Assembly (NCBI GenBank): GCA_010405405.1
Contig: MU004241.1
Location: forward strand, 986,350-1,026,318
DNA: 39,969 nt
Source: Microthyrium microscopicum
Taxonomy: Eukaryota
Direction of reading: 5' to 3'
Part shown: piece by piece, positions 13,901 to 25,215 of the stretch
How positions within the stretch are numbered: the stretch's first letter is position 1
Layout of the letters: each line of letters opens with the position of its first letter
Made by a program: the position numbers and the translations under genes
Notes under the pieces: model-generated
The model's input: only the letters and a program-made list of their open reading frames with translations
What the model was told of the DNA's origin: nothing
The model's database searches: none

Positions 13901-14200
13901 GAAGATTTTTAATACTTTTTATTTTATTATATAATAGCTTCTTAAGTATTACTTCCTATTAGCTAGGTATAAAGCCTTTAAGGTTATTAATATTTTCTAT
14001 TAGTAATTTATAATTCTTTACTTTCTAACTAAGTAAGTTATATATTTTACTTCTAAAGGCTATTCCCTAAAATAACTTATTTACTTTATTCTTTAATATA
14101 CTATTAGAAACTACCTAACTAATAAACTTTAGTTCTTCCTTTAGTTAACTTTATAGCTTTACTCCTCTATAAAGCTTTTCTCTTCCTAAATAATAATATT
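10996..14200 (-). mobile_element. Plavaka-family (CMC/CACTA-related DDE) transposase domain, RIP-inactivated
   Basis: De-RIPed motifs occur in the expected order: FISWVVSNGMSKNEVDKLF (~14070-14130); ERIYTD..SAERW.ELQ (~13730-13785); LIPIHWGSDKT...WAYYMTIFNLPGSIRR...FLL.A.LP (~13545-13705); DGQFRRCLPILAY.SIDYEE....GI.SKHHCPMC (~13270-13385); NIH.A.TFDPLHIFFLNGLVK (~13000-13065); LNFPKFHNLIHF..SI.MFGT.DGTSSG.TEKLH (~12365-12470). An acidic tail lies at ~11010-11100. Confidence 0.88.
13426..13477 (-). other. Probable ~52 nt spliceosomal intron in the transposase gene
   Basis: The frame shifts by +1 between 'FHDA.D.IFK' and 'ELRMVLKSGYVMAIADG'. The intervening sequence begins GT, contains a TACTAAT branch-like site and ends TAA (possibly a mutated YAG). 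Removing 52 nt restores the frame. Confidence 0.5.
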
Positions 14201-17200
14201 AGTACTTTATCTTAATAATATCTTAAGGTAGTAGCTTATGCTTATTAATCTAGTTATAGCTTTTATTAGTTTTATAGGCTAGTATAGGTATACTTACTAG
14301 ATATTTTAGATTTTATTATAAGTATATAATAACTTTATTAACTATATATTATATACTACTTTTAGACTTTTAAGACTTATTAGCCTTATCTATCCTATCT
14401 TATAAATTACGTTTATACTATATTAGAATAGTAACTCTTTCTATAGCTTTAAGGGTAGCTAAAGATAAAGGTATAGTAAAAGGCGTAATTATCTTATCTT
14501 TTATTATAAGTATTTCATACGTAGTATAATTATAACTAGGATAAGTAGTAGATCTTATACTAGTAGAGAGACTATTTATAAAGGGTTCTCTTATTAAAGT
14601 TTTTATTACTAGTATTAATCTTTATACTTAATTAAAGAGCCTTTAAAGGCGATTATAAGGATTTATAATAAAGAGGAACTATATATTATTTAGAAAACTT
14701 AATATACCTATATTTAAGAAGATTAGTCTATAAGAATAATAATATAACTTATTTAGGTTAAATATATACTAGGAGATTAAAATATATAAGTTAAATATAT
14801 CTATATTTAATTACTTTTCTTTATTATTATACGTAATATTAAAAAGGTTACGTTAGTATATTAACTTCTATACCTATTTTGTCCTTATTAACTTTTAAAG
14901 ATATAAGTATATTCTTAGTATATAAGTAGTAAATCTAGTATTAAATTTATACTAGTAATAACTAGCGTTTAATTTTGCTTAGTATTCTAAAGCTTAAGTA
15001 ATAGAGTTAACTCTTAAGAATATTACCTAATAATATTTTATTATATATATAATATACCTTTACTTACTAAATATTTCTAAACGTACTAGATATTTCTAAA
15101 TATTCTAGATAGCTAGTACTAAGACTAAGTAAAGGTGCTAGCTAATCTTATATAATTAATAGGTTATAATATTACGCTAGAAACGCGTTGCGTAACTTTA
15201 TATTATTAATTACTAGCTTAGTAAGTTAATTTTTTTAGTAATAGTACTATTCTATCTATCTTTCTAGTCTAACTTCCTTATATATCCTTTTTTATTAAAT
15301 TTTCTTATCTATATAATTTTTTTATCTTAAATCCTTTTTTTGTTTAGTACTAACTATTATACTATTTAAGTTAGTTAATTAATTAGCTAAACGAACCTTA
15401 CTTTAAACTTAAACCTTTTTACTATCTTTTTCCTTATTATTATTCCTTACTATTAATCTTTACTAACTTTACCTTCTTTATTAGCTTTATTAGCTTTAAA
15501 TTCTTTATTCTTAGGTTTAAAACTATAAAGTAAGGTTAGTTTTATAAGATCTCTAATTACTTCTAATTCTTTAAGTATAATAGTTTTAATCTCCTTATAT
15601 ATATTTAGCTTTTTCTTACGATAAGAAACTACTCTATTAAAGTTAAGAATATTAAGTTTCTCTAAATTCTAATAAGAGTAATTATTAGTAAATAGTATAT
15701 GCTATATATAGCTATTATTAATAAAATACTTTAGCAATCTACTAAGTATAAATTATTTAAACTCCTTCTATCTCTTAGTACTAAGGGCTATTATAGTACT
15801 ATAAAGCTTTAAGTTACTAAAGAATAAGGATAAGTAGCTCTAAGATGCTATAATATTTATTTATAAGTTTTCTATAAGGAAACTAGTATAATCTTTTTAA
15901 ATAAGATTAATAAGATTCTAATTATACTTAATACTAGAGCTATTATTATAGGTAGTTATTAAAACTTAACTAAATTATAAAGGTATATCTTAATAGTCTT
16001 ACTAGGTATATATATAATTATTCTAAATATATATAGTAACCTATTTAAGTAGCTAACCTTTAGTTTTAGTATAGAGGCTAGTTTACGTAAGGTAAAGAAT
16101 AATAACTATAATATTAACGCCTTTTAATTATATCTATAGTAGAAGTTTAATTTATATAAAGGCTATAATATAGGCATTATAAGTATTAGAACTTAAACTA
16201 GTAACGTCCTTTTTAACTTTATTATCTCTAATATTTATAAATATTGCAAGTAGTATATCTTTTCTACGTTCTAAGGATAGGAAAAGCTAGCCTATAATAT
16301 ATTATAATTAGTTAAATTTAGAGTTATTATTATTAGTATATTTAAGAATTTTGTAGCCTATATTATTAAAGAGATTACAGTATAATGAATTAAATCTAAA
16401 TACTTATTTTAGTATAGTTTAGCTAAAGCTATTTACTATAGTATTATATATTAATAGTACTTAAGAACTATTACAAAACGTAGCTTTTTTATATTTAAGA
16501 TTATAGATAGGTCTAGGCTAAAATAGATCTTTAGTCTATATAATTATTTAAAGTCTATATAGAGATATAATAGCTATTATTTATAGTCTATATAATGCTA
16601 CTACTTTATTATAAATCTATAAGTTAATACCTATAAAATTTGCCTAGAAAAGCTCTTATAGAGTATTATAGTTTATAAGACTAAGAAGAGTAATTATTAA
16701 TTATAAATAATATTACTCTATATCTAGTAGTAGTTTACTATAATTAGCACTCTCTAACTTTAAGAGCTTCTTCCTACTATAATACTTTTCATTAAGAATT
16801 TAGAGGTTAAAGATATAATTAAGTAACTCTTTAGTAGCTATATCTATATTATATTCTTACTTTCCTATTACTAAGTTAATTACGCTAATTATTCTACTAG
16901 CTTAATTTACAAATTTCTTAAATAAGTATTTAAGACGTTTAATATAATAATTATAAATATCTTTAAAGTCTTAACGTTTAGCATTTATATAGAATTACTA
17001 TAAATAGTAAGCACTATACTATTTAGTAAGTAATACTATTTTAGTATCTAGGATATTAGTACTATAGTTATTTATATTATCTATATTCTGCTATTATATA
17101 CTAGGACCTTAATTTTAGTAAACTTAAGTTTATACCTCTTTTAATTTCCTTAAGGCAATAGATTTCTCTATCTTAATTAAGTATCCTTAGATAGTAAAAA

Positions 17201-17604
17201 ATCATAAAAAGTTTATAGAATTAACTTCTATATAGATATTTATATACTTAGTAATAAGGTTATCTAATTATATATTTATAATATATATAGCTAAAATCTT
17301 TATCTTAAAATTAGAATAAAATATTATAAAGGTAATTAATATTACTATTATAGCTTTTATAGTTTTAGTCTTACTATATCTTAGCCTAGCATAGTAAATA
17401 TTAAGTCTACCCTTACTACCTTTTAAGAAAATAATATTAATAAACTCTTTTTAATCCTTATAAAGAGCCTTTATAATACTAATCTATTCTATCTTTTTTA
17501 TAAGATTTTAAATCTCTTCTAAGGTAATTCTAAAGTTAGTCTTTAATAATTATATAAAAGTAGCTATACCTAGTTTTATAAAAGTGCTTAGCGACTAGTA
17601 CTAA

Positions 17605-17636
17605 TTATTATTAATATTAGTATTATTAATATTAGT

Positions 17637-17667
<31 letters not shown>

Positions 17668-17800
17668 GTATTACTATTATTAGTATTATTAGTATTTTTT
17701 ATAGGCATAATCTTATTATCTAACTATTTATTAGAATTAGAAATATCTTTAGGTATATCTTTGTAGGTATTATTATTATTATTATTATTATTATTAGCGT
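17605..17800. repeat. (TAT/TAG)n trinucleotide tracts, read as RIP-converted Asp/Asn/Thr runs on the minus strand
   Basis: tattattatt runs at ~17605-17695 and ~17768-17800 read aat/act codons in the frame of the giant ORF. Confidence 0.7.
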
Positions 17801-17803
17801 TAT

Positions 17804-17908
17804 TAGCTGTATTTAATTACTAACCCTATTTGTCGTTAGCTACTTTTAATTACTAACCCTATTTATTATTAGCTACTTTTAATTACTAACTCTATTCGCT
17901 ATTAGCTT
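17804..17908 (-). repeat. 33-bp (11-codon) tandem repeat x3
   Basis: Unit ttagctacttttaattactaaccctatttatta; minus strand approximately ADSEQGQQLEA. Confidence 0.85.
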
Positions 17909-17964
17909 TAGTAACCTCTAGCTTAGTCTATTAATCCTAAGCTTAAGACTTTATAAAGGGGAAG

Positions 17965-18362
17965 ATACTATTATTAGTAGAATAGAGAGGCGCTACTATA
18001 GTAGTATCTAAAGATTCTATATTAATATTGTCTTAGATAGAGAAGAAGAAAAGATAAGAAGTGCTATTATTAATAAAATAGAGGAGCGCTACTATAATAG
18101 TATCTAGGAATTCTATATTAATATTATCTTAGACAAAGAAAAAGGAAGGATAAGAAGTACTATTATTATTAAGATAAAGGGGTACTACTATAGTAGTATC
18201 TAAGGATTCTATATTAATATTATCTTAAATAAAGGGATAAAGAGGCTAAGAGGTACTATTATTAATAGAATAGAGGAGCACTACTATAGTAGTATCTAGA
18301 GATTCTATATTAACGTTATCTTAAATAAAGAAAGAAAGAGAATAAGAGGTACTATTATTATT
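17965..18362 (-). repeat. 96-bp (32-codon) tandem repeat x4
   Basis: Anchor (c/t)(g/a)ctactata at 17991, 18087, 18183, 18279; minus strand approximately STSHP.PSSVQDNVD.ESPDTT.AAPLHS.DD. Confidence 0.92.
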
Positions 18363-20984
18363 AGCTTTAAATTCCTATTTAAACTAAGATTTAGTTATAT
18401 AGTTAGATAAATCTAAATTAAGTAGCTTATTAATTAGCTTTTATGAAGTAGAACTACTACTTATTTCCTTTAAAGTTTCTTTAGTCTAACTAGTTAAAGG
18501 TTTTAACGTATTGTTTTTAATATTACTAAAGGATAAGCTACTTAATAAAGCATCCTCTTATATCTTATTAACCTTTATAGTTAACTTTTTTAGCGCGTTA
18601 GTATCTATTAATACTTTTTTAGTATGCTTTAATATAATACTAAACTCTACCTTTCTAAAGAATAAGGATAAGGTATAGATAGTAAGAATCTTCTCTAATA
18701 AAGGCTAACGTTCTAAGGAGTCTAGATATAAATTAAGTACTATAGTAAAGTAGTAATCTAGGTTATATTCTTTCTATCTTAACTATACCTAGTTAAAACT
18801 ATTTATTTAGTATATAATAGGCTTATTTAAATTATATATATATATCTTAACCTCTAGCCCTTTTAATTTAAAAAAAGCCTTATATAGATTCTTAATTAAT
18901 TAGCTATAGTCTAAAAAAATAATAACTTCTTTAGGGATTTAGAATAAAGAGAATTAAGCATTATTAGTATATTTATTATTAGGTATAATAGAAGGATAAT
19001 ATATAATTATAAGTACGTTATAAGTAGCTTAAATATTATAGTCTTAGTTAATAACTTTAGTAGTAAATTAAGAGCCCTTAAGTTTAGCTTCTAGCTTAAG
19101 TTAGATTATATAGACGTTACCTTCTTAAAAATAAGGATATTTATATCTATTTACTATAGTATAAAAATTAAAGCTTACTAAGAATTTATAGTCTTTACCT
19201 CCTAGTATTCTAGTAGTGCGTAATATAACATTATAGGAAGCCTTATTCTACTTATATGCCTAATAAAGCTATTCTACTAAATTTATACTTTAGGCTATAA
19301 ATAGATATAGGACTAAAAGATAGACTATACGTAACAAACTTATAATTCTATTATTCTTTACTTTTATAAGATTATTATAATTATTTAGAAAGGTAATATA
19401 ACTCTTCTATAGGCTAAAGACGCTATTTATAAATAGATAATTAATATTAGTAAGAATAATATTTAGATTAGTTTATGTACCTTAAGAGATTAGCTAAGAA
19501 AAATTCTTTTCTATAAGTATAGCTAGGCTAGTATTAATCCTAAAGAACTAAAAGACTATAGGGTACTAATTCTAAATAATATATTAGAGATAATAAAGAA
19601 ATAGGTTAAATTTAGTATTTTTATTACTAACTATTAAATTACTAATTATAGTAGAGTAGACTTAAAAAGAGTTATTTAATAAGTTAGGATATATCTTAAT
19701 AATAAGTATAGTTATATAGCCTATAGCTAATATACTTCTATAGTATTTAATGTCTTAATTAATCTTATAAGCTAATTAGATAAGTTACTTCTTTAAGATA
19801 ACTATAAGAAACTTAATAATTATTTAGTCTATCTTTTTCTTCTTTATAATTAAATTATCTAGTAAGAAGTAGATAGTTTTAACTATTAGAATTATAATAT
19901 TTTCCTATATATTATTTTTATTCTTATTAACTTTAAAAGTATTTCTCTTATCTCTAAGATATAGGTAAATAGTTAAGGTTAATATAAACTAGGTAACCTA
20001 TTTATTATTTTTTATTATAAAGAATTACGCTTTAATATTAAAAACTATAGCTTATTAACGCTTCTTTTTTAATCTATGTATATATTTAAGCTTACTAGTA
20101 GTACTATCTTAATTAACTTTATTATTAATACTATTACCTAAGTGTTAATTTACTTTATTAATTAAATTATTTCTACTAAGAGCTACCTTTAGACTTTTTT
20201 TTAGCATATCTTCTAGATAAGGCTTATTTAAATATACTTATAAGTTATAAATCTATTAAATTAAGAGCTTACTATTAGATAGATTTACTATAAGATTATA
20301 AATAGTATATTAAGGATTCTTAAGATTTATTTAAGACGTTAGTATAAAGGTATATTTAGAAGCTTCTAAACTATTTTAGACTTTTGCTTTACCTTTATCC
20401 TTAGTCTTAGGATTTTATTTACTTAAGTCTAAAAATATAGATAAAAAATTCTCTTTAGCTAGGTAGGTAGAGATAGCTATAGAATCTAGTCTATATAAGT
20501 AATTAGCTAAGAATAAAGAAATAAATTTCTTTAAACTTATATTTTAATAGCTTTAGAATTATTTAGCTTACTATTTTTATAAGAAGTATAAGTTTTATAT
20601 TAATTAGAAAGAAGTTTTAGGATTATAATAGCTAGATAGCTAAAGATCTTAATAAGAATTTTGTCTTTACTTATATCTTAGTTATAAATTTAGCTATTAT
20701 AATTATATACTAATTACTAAGTATATAAAGCGTTATAAGTAGTTATGCTTATAATAAGTAGAGTAAAAGCTAAGAAAAAGATAGAAAATATAAAGAATTT
20801 AGGTAGTATTTTTTTTAAGGAAGAAGAAGTATTAAAAAAAGAAGATAAATAATAATAATAAAAGTAGTAACTTACTTATTATACTAAAGCCTAAAGGCGT
20901 AACTACTAAAAGTTAGCTATTTAGCCTAAACTTTAGGTTATTAAGCTATACTATCTATAAAAGAATAAACTTAAGGAATTATTT

Positions 20985-21635
20985 AAGAGAACTTATTTAA
21001 TTCTTATAATTATAAAGAATAATAAAAAAGAAAGATAGTAGTAAGAGAGAAGTTATAAGAATAAAGTAAGGAATTACTCTTTCTATTAGAGACATAACTA
21101 GAAATTTATTTATTAGTAGAGTTATTATAAAGCTACGCTATTCTATATATAATAACTAAGTATAAAATAGATTTAAAAGAACTTATTTAATCTAATAATT
21201 ATAAAATAGTAGTAAGAGAATAATAATAAGAGAGATTTAGTAGTAAAAAGATAGAAATATTCTTTTTTCTAGTATAGAATCTTCTAGTTAAATAGATAAA
21301 AACCTTACTAAAGCCTATACGTAATAACTATATAGTTCTTAAAATTAAAAGAGACTACTCCTTTCCTCTTAAATATTAAGTATAGGTATAGGTATTAATT
21401 ATAGTTTCCTATTCTATTATAATTACTACTAAACCTTATATTATAATTACTAAGTTAGGAACTTAACTAACCTTATATAAGCTAAGACTTCCTTTTAAGT
21501 TTAAGCTTATATTAGCTAAGCTCTACTTTGCTATTTTAAAATATTCTCTTTTTAGGCCTTTAATACTTCCTCTCTTACTATTATATCTCTACTTTACTAC
21601 TCTTTTATAATTACTAGATTAAATAAGTTTTTTTA
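20985..21635. promoter_or_regulatory. Motif repeated in both orientations within the divergent intergenic spacer
   Basis: GAACTTATTTAAT.T..TAATTATAAA followed by a purine-rich 'tagtaagaga' tract at ~20989-21060 and ~21179-21235, and in reverse complement at ~21562-21634. The repeat is observed; regulatory function is inferred only from position. Confidence 0.45.
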
Positions 21636-23184
21636 ATTTATCTATTCTTTAGCTATTAGTATTTTATATACTTAGTAATTACTTTAGTTTAGCTCTATAG
21701 GTATTAAATCCTTTCTCTTAAGTTAAAGATATAAATTAGTATTCTTAATTCTATAGCTTAAAGCTTTTATACGCCTAACTATTCCTTTAATAAAGCCTCT
21801 AAGCATAATTCTCTCTTATAAATTAATTATAATATTAGATAAGCTATTCCCTTAGTACTCTTATTTTAAAAGGTTTTAGTATTTTATATATAGACCTTTA
21901 GAACTAGCTCTTCTTTAGTATAAATCTTACTTTTAACTAGTAGTAACCTATAGGTACGATATTTTGTAATAGCTAACTTTAAAAATATAATATAATATTG
22001 CTTAGAGGTACTAAATAAATATTTTAGCTAACTTAATTTATTAACTTTAATATATCCTTACTAAATACTTTTTACTTCTAATTTATTACTAATTTACTAT
22101 ATTTAATAAATCTTCTTTTTCTAGTACTATTAACTCTATTAATAAATCTATACTAAATTCTATAAACGACGTAGTAAAGATAATTTATAGAATAAATTCT
22201 AAGTATAATTAAAGAAATTATAAGTAGGCTAAGTAAATAATTAGAGCTAAGAATAATATAACTAAGGTAAACCTTTATACGAAATTAGGCTATTATATTA
22301 ATAAAATAGTCCTTAATATTATCTCTATTATAAAAAAGGATATTCTTAACTAATTTAGTATAATTAGATAACTTACTAATACTATTAGTTGCAATCTTAG
22401 ATATATTAAAGTTATTAAACGCAATTTGTAATTCTCTTAAGCTATTATCTTATTAACATTTAATATCTCCTTTTATAAAGCCCTAAACTAGATTATACTT
22501 TTATATACGCAATACCTTATTAGTAATAAATAAGCTTATTAAGAACGACGTAAGTAGCAAAAGTAGCCCTATAATCTATATAATTATTTTATTTTAAAGC
22601 TAGATATAATCCTAATTATTCTATAAATAACTTAAGCGTTTATAATATTTAATAATAAAAATACGTATAGTAATTCTACTTTTAGAGGATATTAGCTATA
22701 CTATTCCTAGCTTCCTAACTAGCCTTATAGAACTATAAATAGACTATAAGGAAATTATACTTACTATCTAAATCTTATTAATAGCGTATTACTAAATATA
22801 CTATAACTATAAAGTAATAGCCTAAATTTAGCTATATTTTATCCTTTATTTAACTAATATAAATACTAAGGCTATATAATACTACTACTAGGCTTTTAGA
22901 ATAGTAATGTCTACTATTAACTATAGTAGTAGTCTAGCTATTATAAAATATAACTTCTACTATTTATATAGTATAACTTAACTTAGTATAACTTTATAAT
23001 ATTTAAATTTAAAAGTATAATTCTACTTTAGCTAGGTCCTAATAGCTATAGCTTATATTAAACTTTATAGTAATTTAATACTAATAGAAATATAGTACTA
23101 AGCTATGCTAATAAAGGCAATAATAACTTCTTCTAAAATACCTTAGAAGGTTATTATAGTAATATGCTATAGTATAGCTAATTT

Positions 23185-23346
23185 TACGTATATACCTTTA
23201 GTAATAGCTATATACTACCTAAATTTATCTAGCTACTTCTTTTAGCTCTACTAGACCCTTTTTAATCTTACGTATATATTTCTAATAATAGCTATATACT
23301 ACTTAGATTTACTTAGCTACCTCCTTTAGCTTTACTAGACCCTTCT
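23185..23346 (+). repeat. 84-bp (28-codon) tandem duplication
   Basis: tacgtatata...ctagacccttt starts at 23185 and 23269; approximately HVY.S.NGY.PP.FTQPPPSAPPDPS. Confidence 0.85.
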
Positions 23347-23997
23347 ACGCGTATATAATTAAAAAAGAAAAAACTTATTTTAAAGAAATACTATAAAACT
23401 TAATAGTTTTTATCTATCTTTTAAGAAACTAATACTTAGAATAGTAAAGACTTTAATATAATTATACTAGTATTTACTAAGGACTTCTTATAAAAATAAG
23501 TTATACTAGACTTAAAAGATATATATAAATTAAGCCTTTTTAACTTATTTAAGATAAATATAGATATTTATAAATATATAATTAAGATTAGTATAAGGTA
23601 CTTTAAAGGTATAATAAGCTTAAAGTTAGACCTATCTAAAAGTCTAGATATAATTTATAATATAGGTTAAGTATAGAATAATTAAACTATTTTAATAAGT
23701 TTAAATATACGTAATTTTACTAAAGTTACCTATAATAATCTCTATAGGCTAAGAAAGATTACTTTTAAGGTTACCTAAATTAAATCTTTCTTAAAGAAAA
23801 CTTATACTAGTAAATAAAAATATAAGGCCTTAATTACTTCTACTCTAAGCTCTTTTTCTTTATTTTAAAATAGACGTAATAAGAAACCTTATATTTAACC
23901 TTATATAGATCCTTAGCTAACTACTTAACCTACTTTTACTACTAAACTATTAATATATAAACATAATATATATAAAGATCTTATTCTTAACTAATTT

Positions 23998-24090
23998 AAT
24001 AAAGATAGCAAGGTTACTAAAAATAATAAAGATAGCAAAGTTACTAAAGATAATAAAGATAGTAAGGTTATTAAAGATAATAAAGATAGC
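23998..24090 (+). repeat. 27-bp (9-codon) acidic tandem repeat x3.5
   Basis: Unit aat aaa gat agc aag gtt act aaa gat, approximately DEDSEVTED after de-RIP. Confidence 0.85.
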
Positions 24091-24510
24091 TTAGATAAGA
24101 ATTCTAAAGATAGCTTAGTTAAGGATTCTAAAATAGAGTTAAATAATAATTTAGATAATTCTAAAGAAAAAGACTTAGAATTTCTATTAATACTACCTAG
24201 TAGAATAAAGTAAAAGTATAATAATAATAAGAATAATATAGAAAGAGTTAGTAATAGCTATAATCTTTTAGTATCTATAAATAAAAAAAAATTTAAGAAT
24301 AAATCTAGTTCTTATAATTATAAAGAATAATAAACTTTAATATAAATAAGCCTATCTAGTAAGAAAAATAAAAGTAAGTCTAAACGTAAAGAAGTAAAGG
24401 CAAAATTAACTTTAATCTTAAAAGTAATTAATAAAAATAGTAGCTAGGAATATTATACTTCTCTAAGCTTACTAGTCTAAATATTATAGCCCTAGAATGC
24501 TACTACTAAT

Positions 24511-25215
24511 ATAGAGATAAGGAGCATATAATAAGATTAAGTATTACTTCTAAATAACGCTAGACCTATAAATACTACTACTATATCTTCTTAAGAACTT
24601 AAAGAACGCATTATTAAGCTAGAGATAGAGAGTATATAATAAGATTAAGCACTACTTCTAGATAGTACTAGACCTATAGATATTACTACTATATCTTCTT
24701 AAGGACTTAAAGAGTACGTTATTAAGTTAGAGATAGAGAATATATAATAAGATTAAGTACTACTTCTAAATAACGCTAAACCTATAGATATTATTACTAT
24801 ATTTTCTTAAGGACTTAAAGAGCCTATTATTAAGCTAGAGATAGGGAGCATATAATAAGATTAAGTACTACTTCTAGATAGTACTAGACTTATAAATACT
24901 ATTACTATATCTTCTTAAGGACTTAAAGAGTATATTATTAAGCTAGAGATAGGAAGCGTATAATAAGATTAAGCACTACTTCTAAATAGTGCTAAACCTA
25001 TAAATACTACTACTATATTTTCTTAAGGACTTAAAGAGCGCATTATTAAGCTAGAGATAGAGAGTATATAATAAAATTAAGTACTACTTTTAGATAGTAC
25101 TAGACTTATAAATACTACTACTATATCTTCTTAAGAACTTAAAAAGCGCGTCGTTAAGCTAGAGATAGAGAGTATATAATAAGATTAAGTACTATCTTTA
25201 GATAGTAATAGACTT
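24511..25215 (+). repeat. 108-bp (36-codon) tandem repeat, about 6.5 copies, inside the helicase ORF
   Basis: Unit starts (ntagagata) at 24511, 24619, 24727, 24835, 24943, 25051, 25159. The frame-1 reading is approximately PE.GS.QQDQAPLPDSA.P.DTTT.SSQGLEERVVE. Confidence 0.95.

Larger units (their letters stand above)
14200..20500 (-). pseudogene. Giant RIP-degraded ORF of unknown function, in frame with and probably fused to the Plavaka domain
   Basis: The same minus-strand frame gives coherent codons at every point checked (20500, 19900, 19320, 18000, 17100, 16000, 15400, 14900, 14500) and runs into the transposase frame down to ~13480. It contains DKGKAKV (~20380-20400), 32-aa and 11-aa repeats and an Asp/Asn run. 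Confidence 0.65.

Noticed and set aside
10996..15000. Gypsy/Copia pol polyprotein
   Set aside because: No RT (YxDD), RNase H or integrase motifs and no LTR pair were recognised; the motifs match Plavaka instead.
15900..16450. Ulp1/C48 peptidase domain in the giant ORF
   Set aside because: No convincing HW...D...Q.....CG catalytic pattern could be reconstructed.
22000..22560. Minus-strand gene suggested by a stop-poor frame
   Set aside because: It is the antisense register of the plus-strand frame that continues into the P/Q/Y tract and the helicase.
24511..25215. CRISPR-like array (also considered for 17965-18362 and 35008-35362)
   Set aside because: The units are full-length tandem copies without unique spacers, the periods are codon multiples, and the context is eukaryotic.
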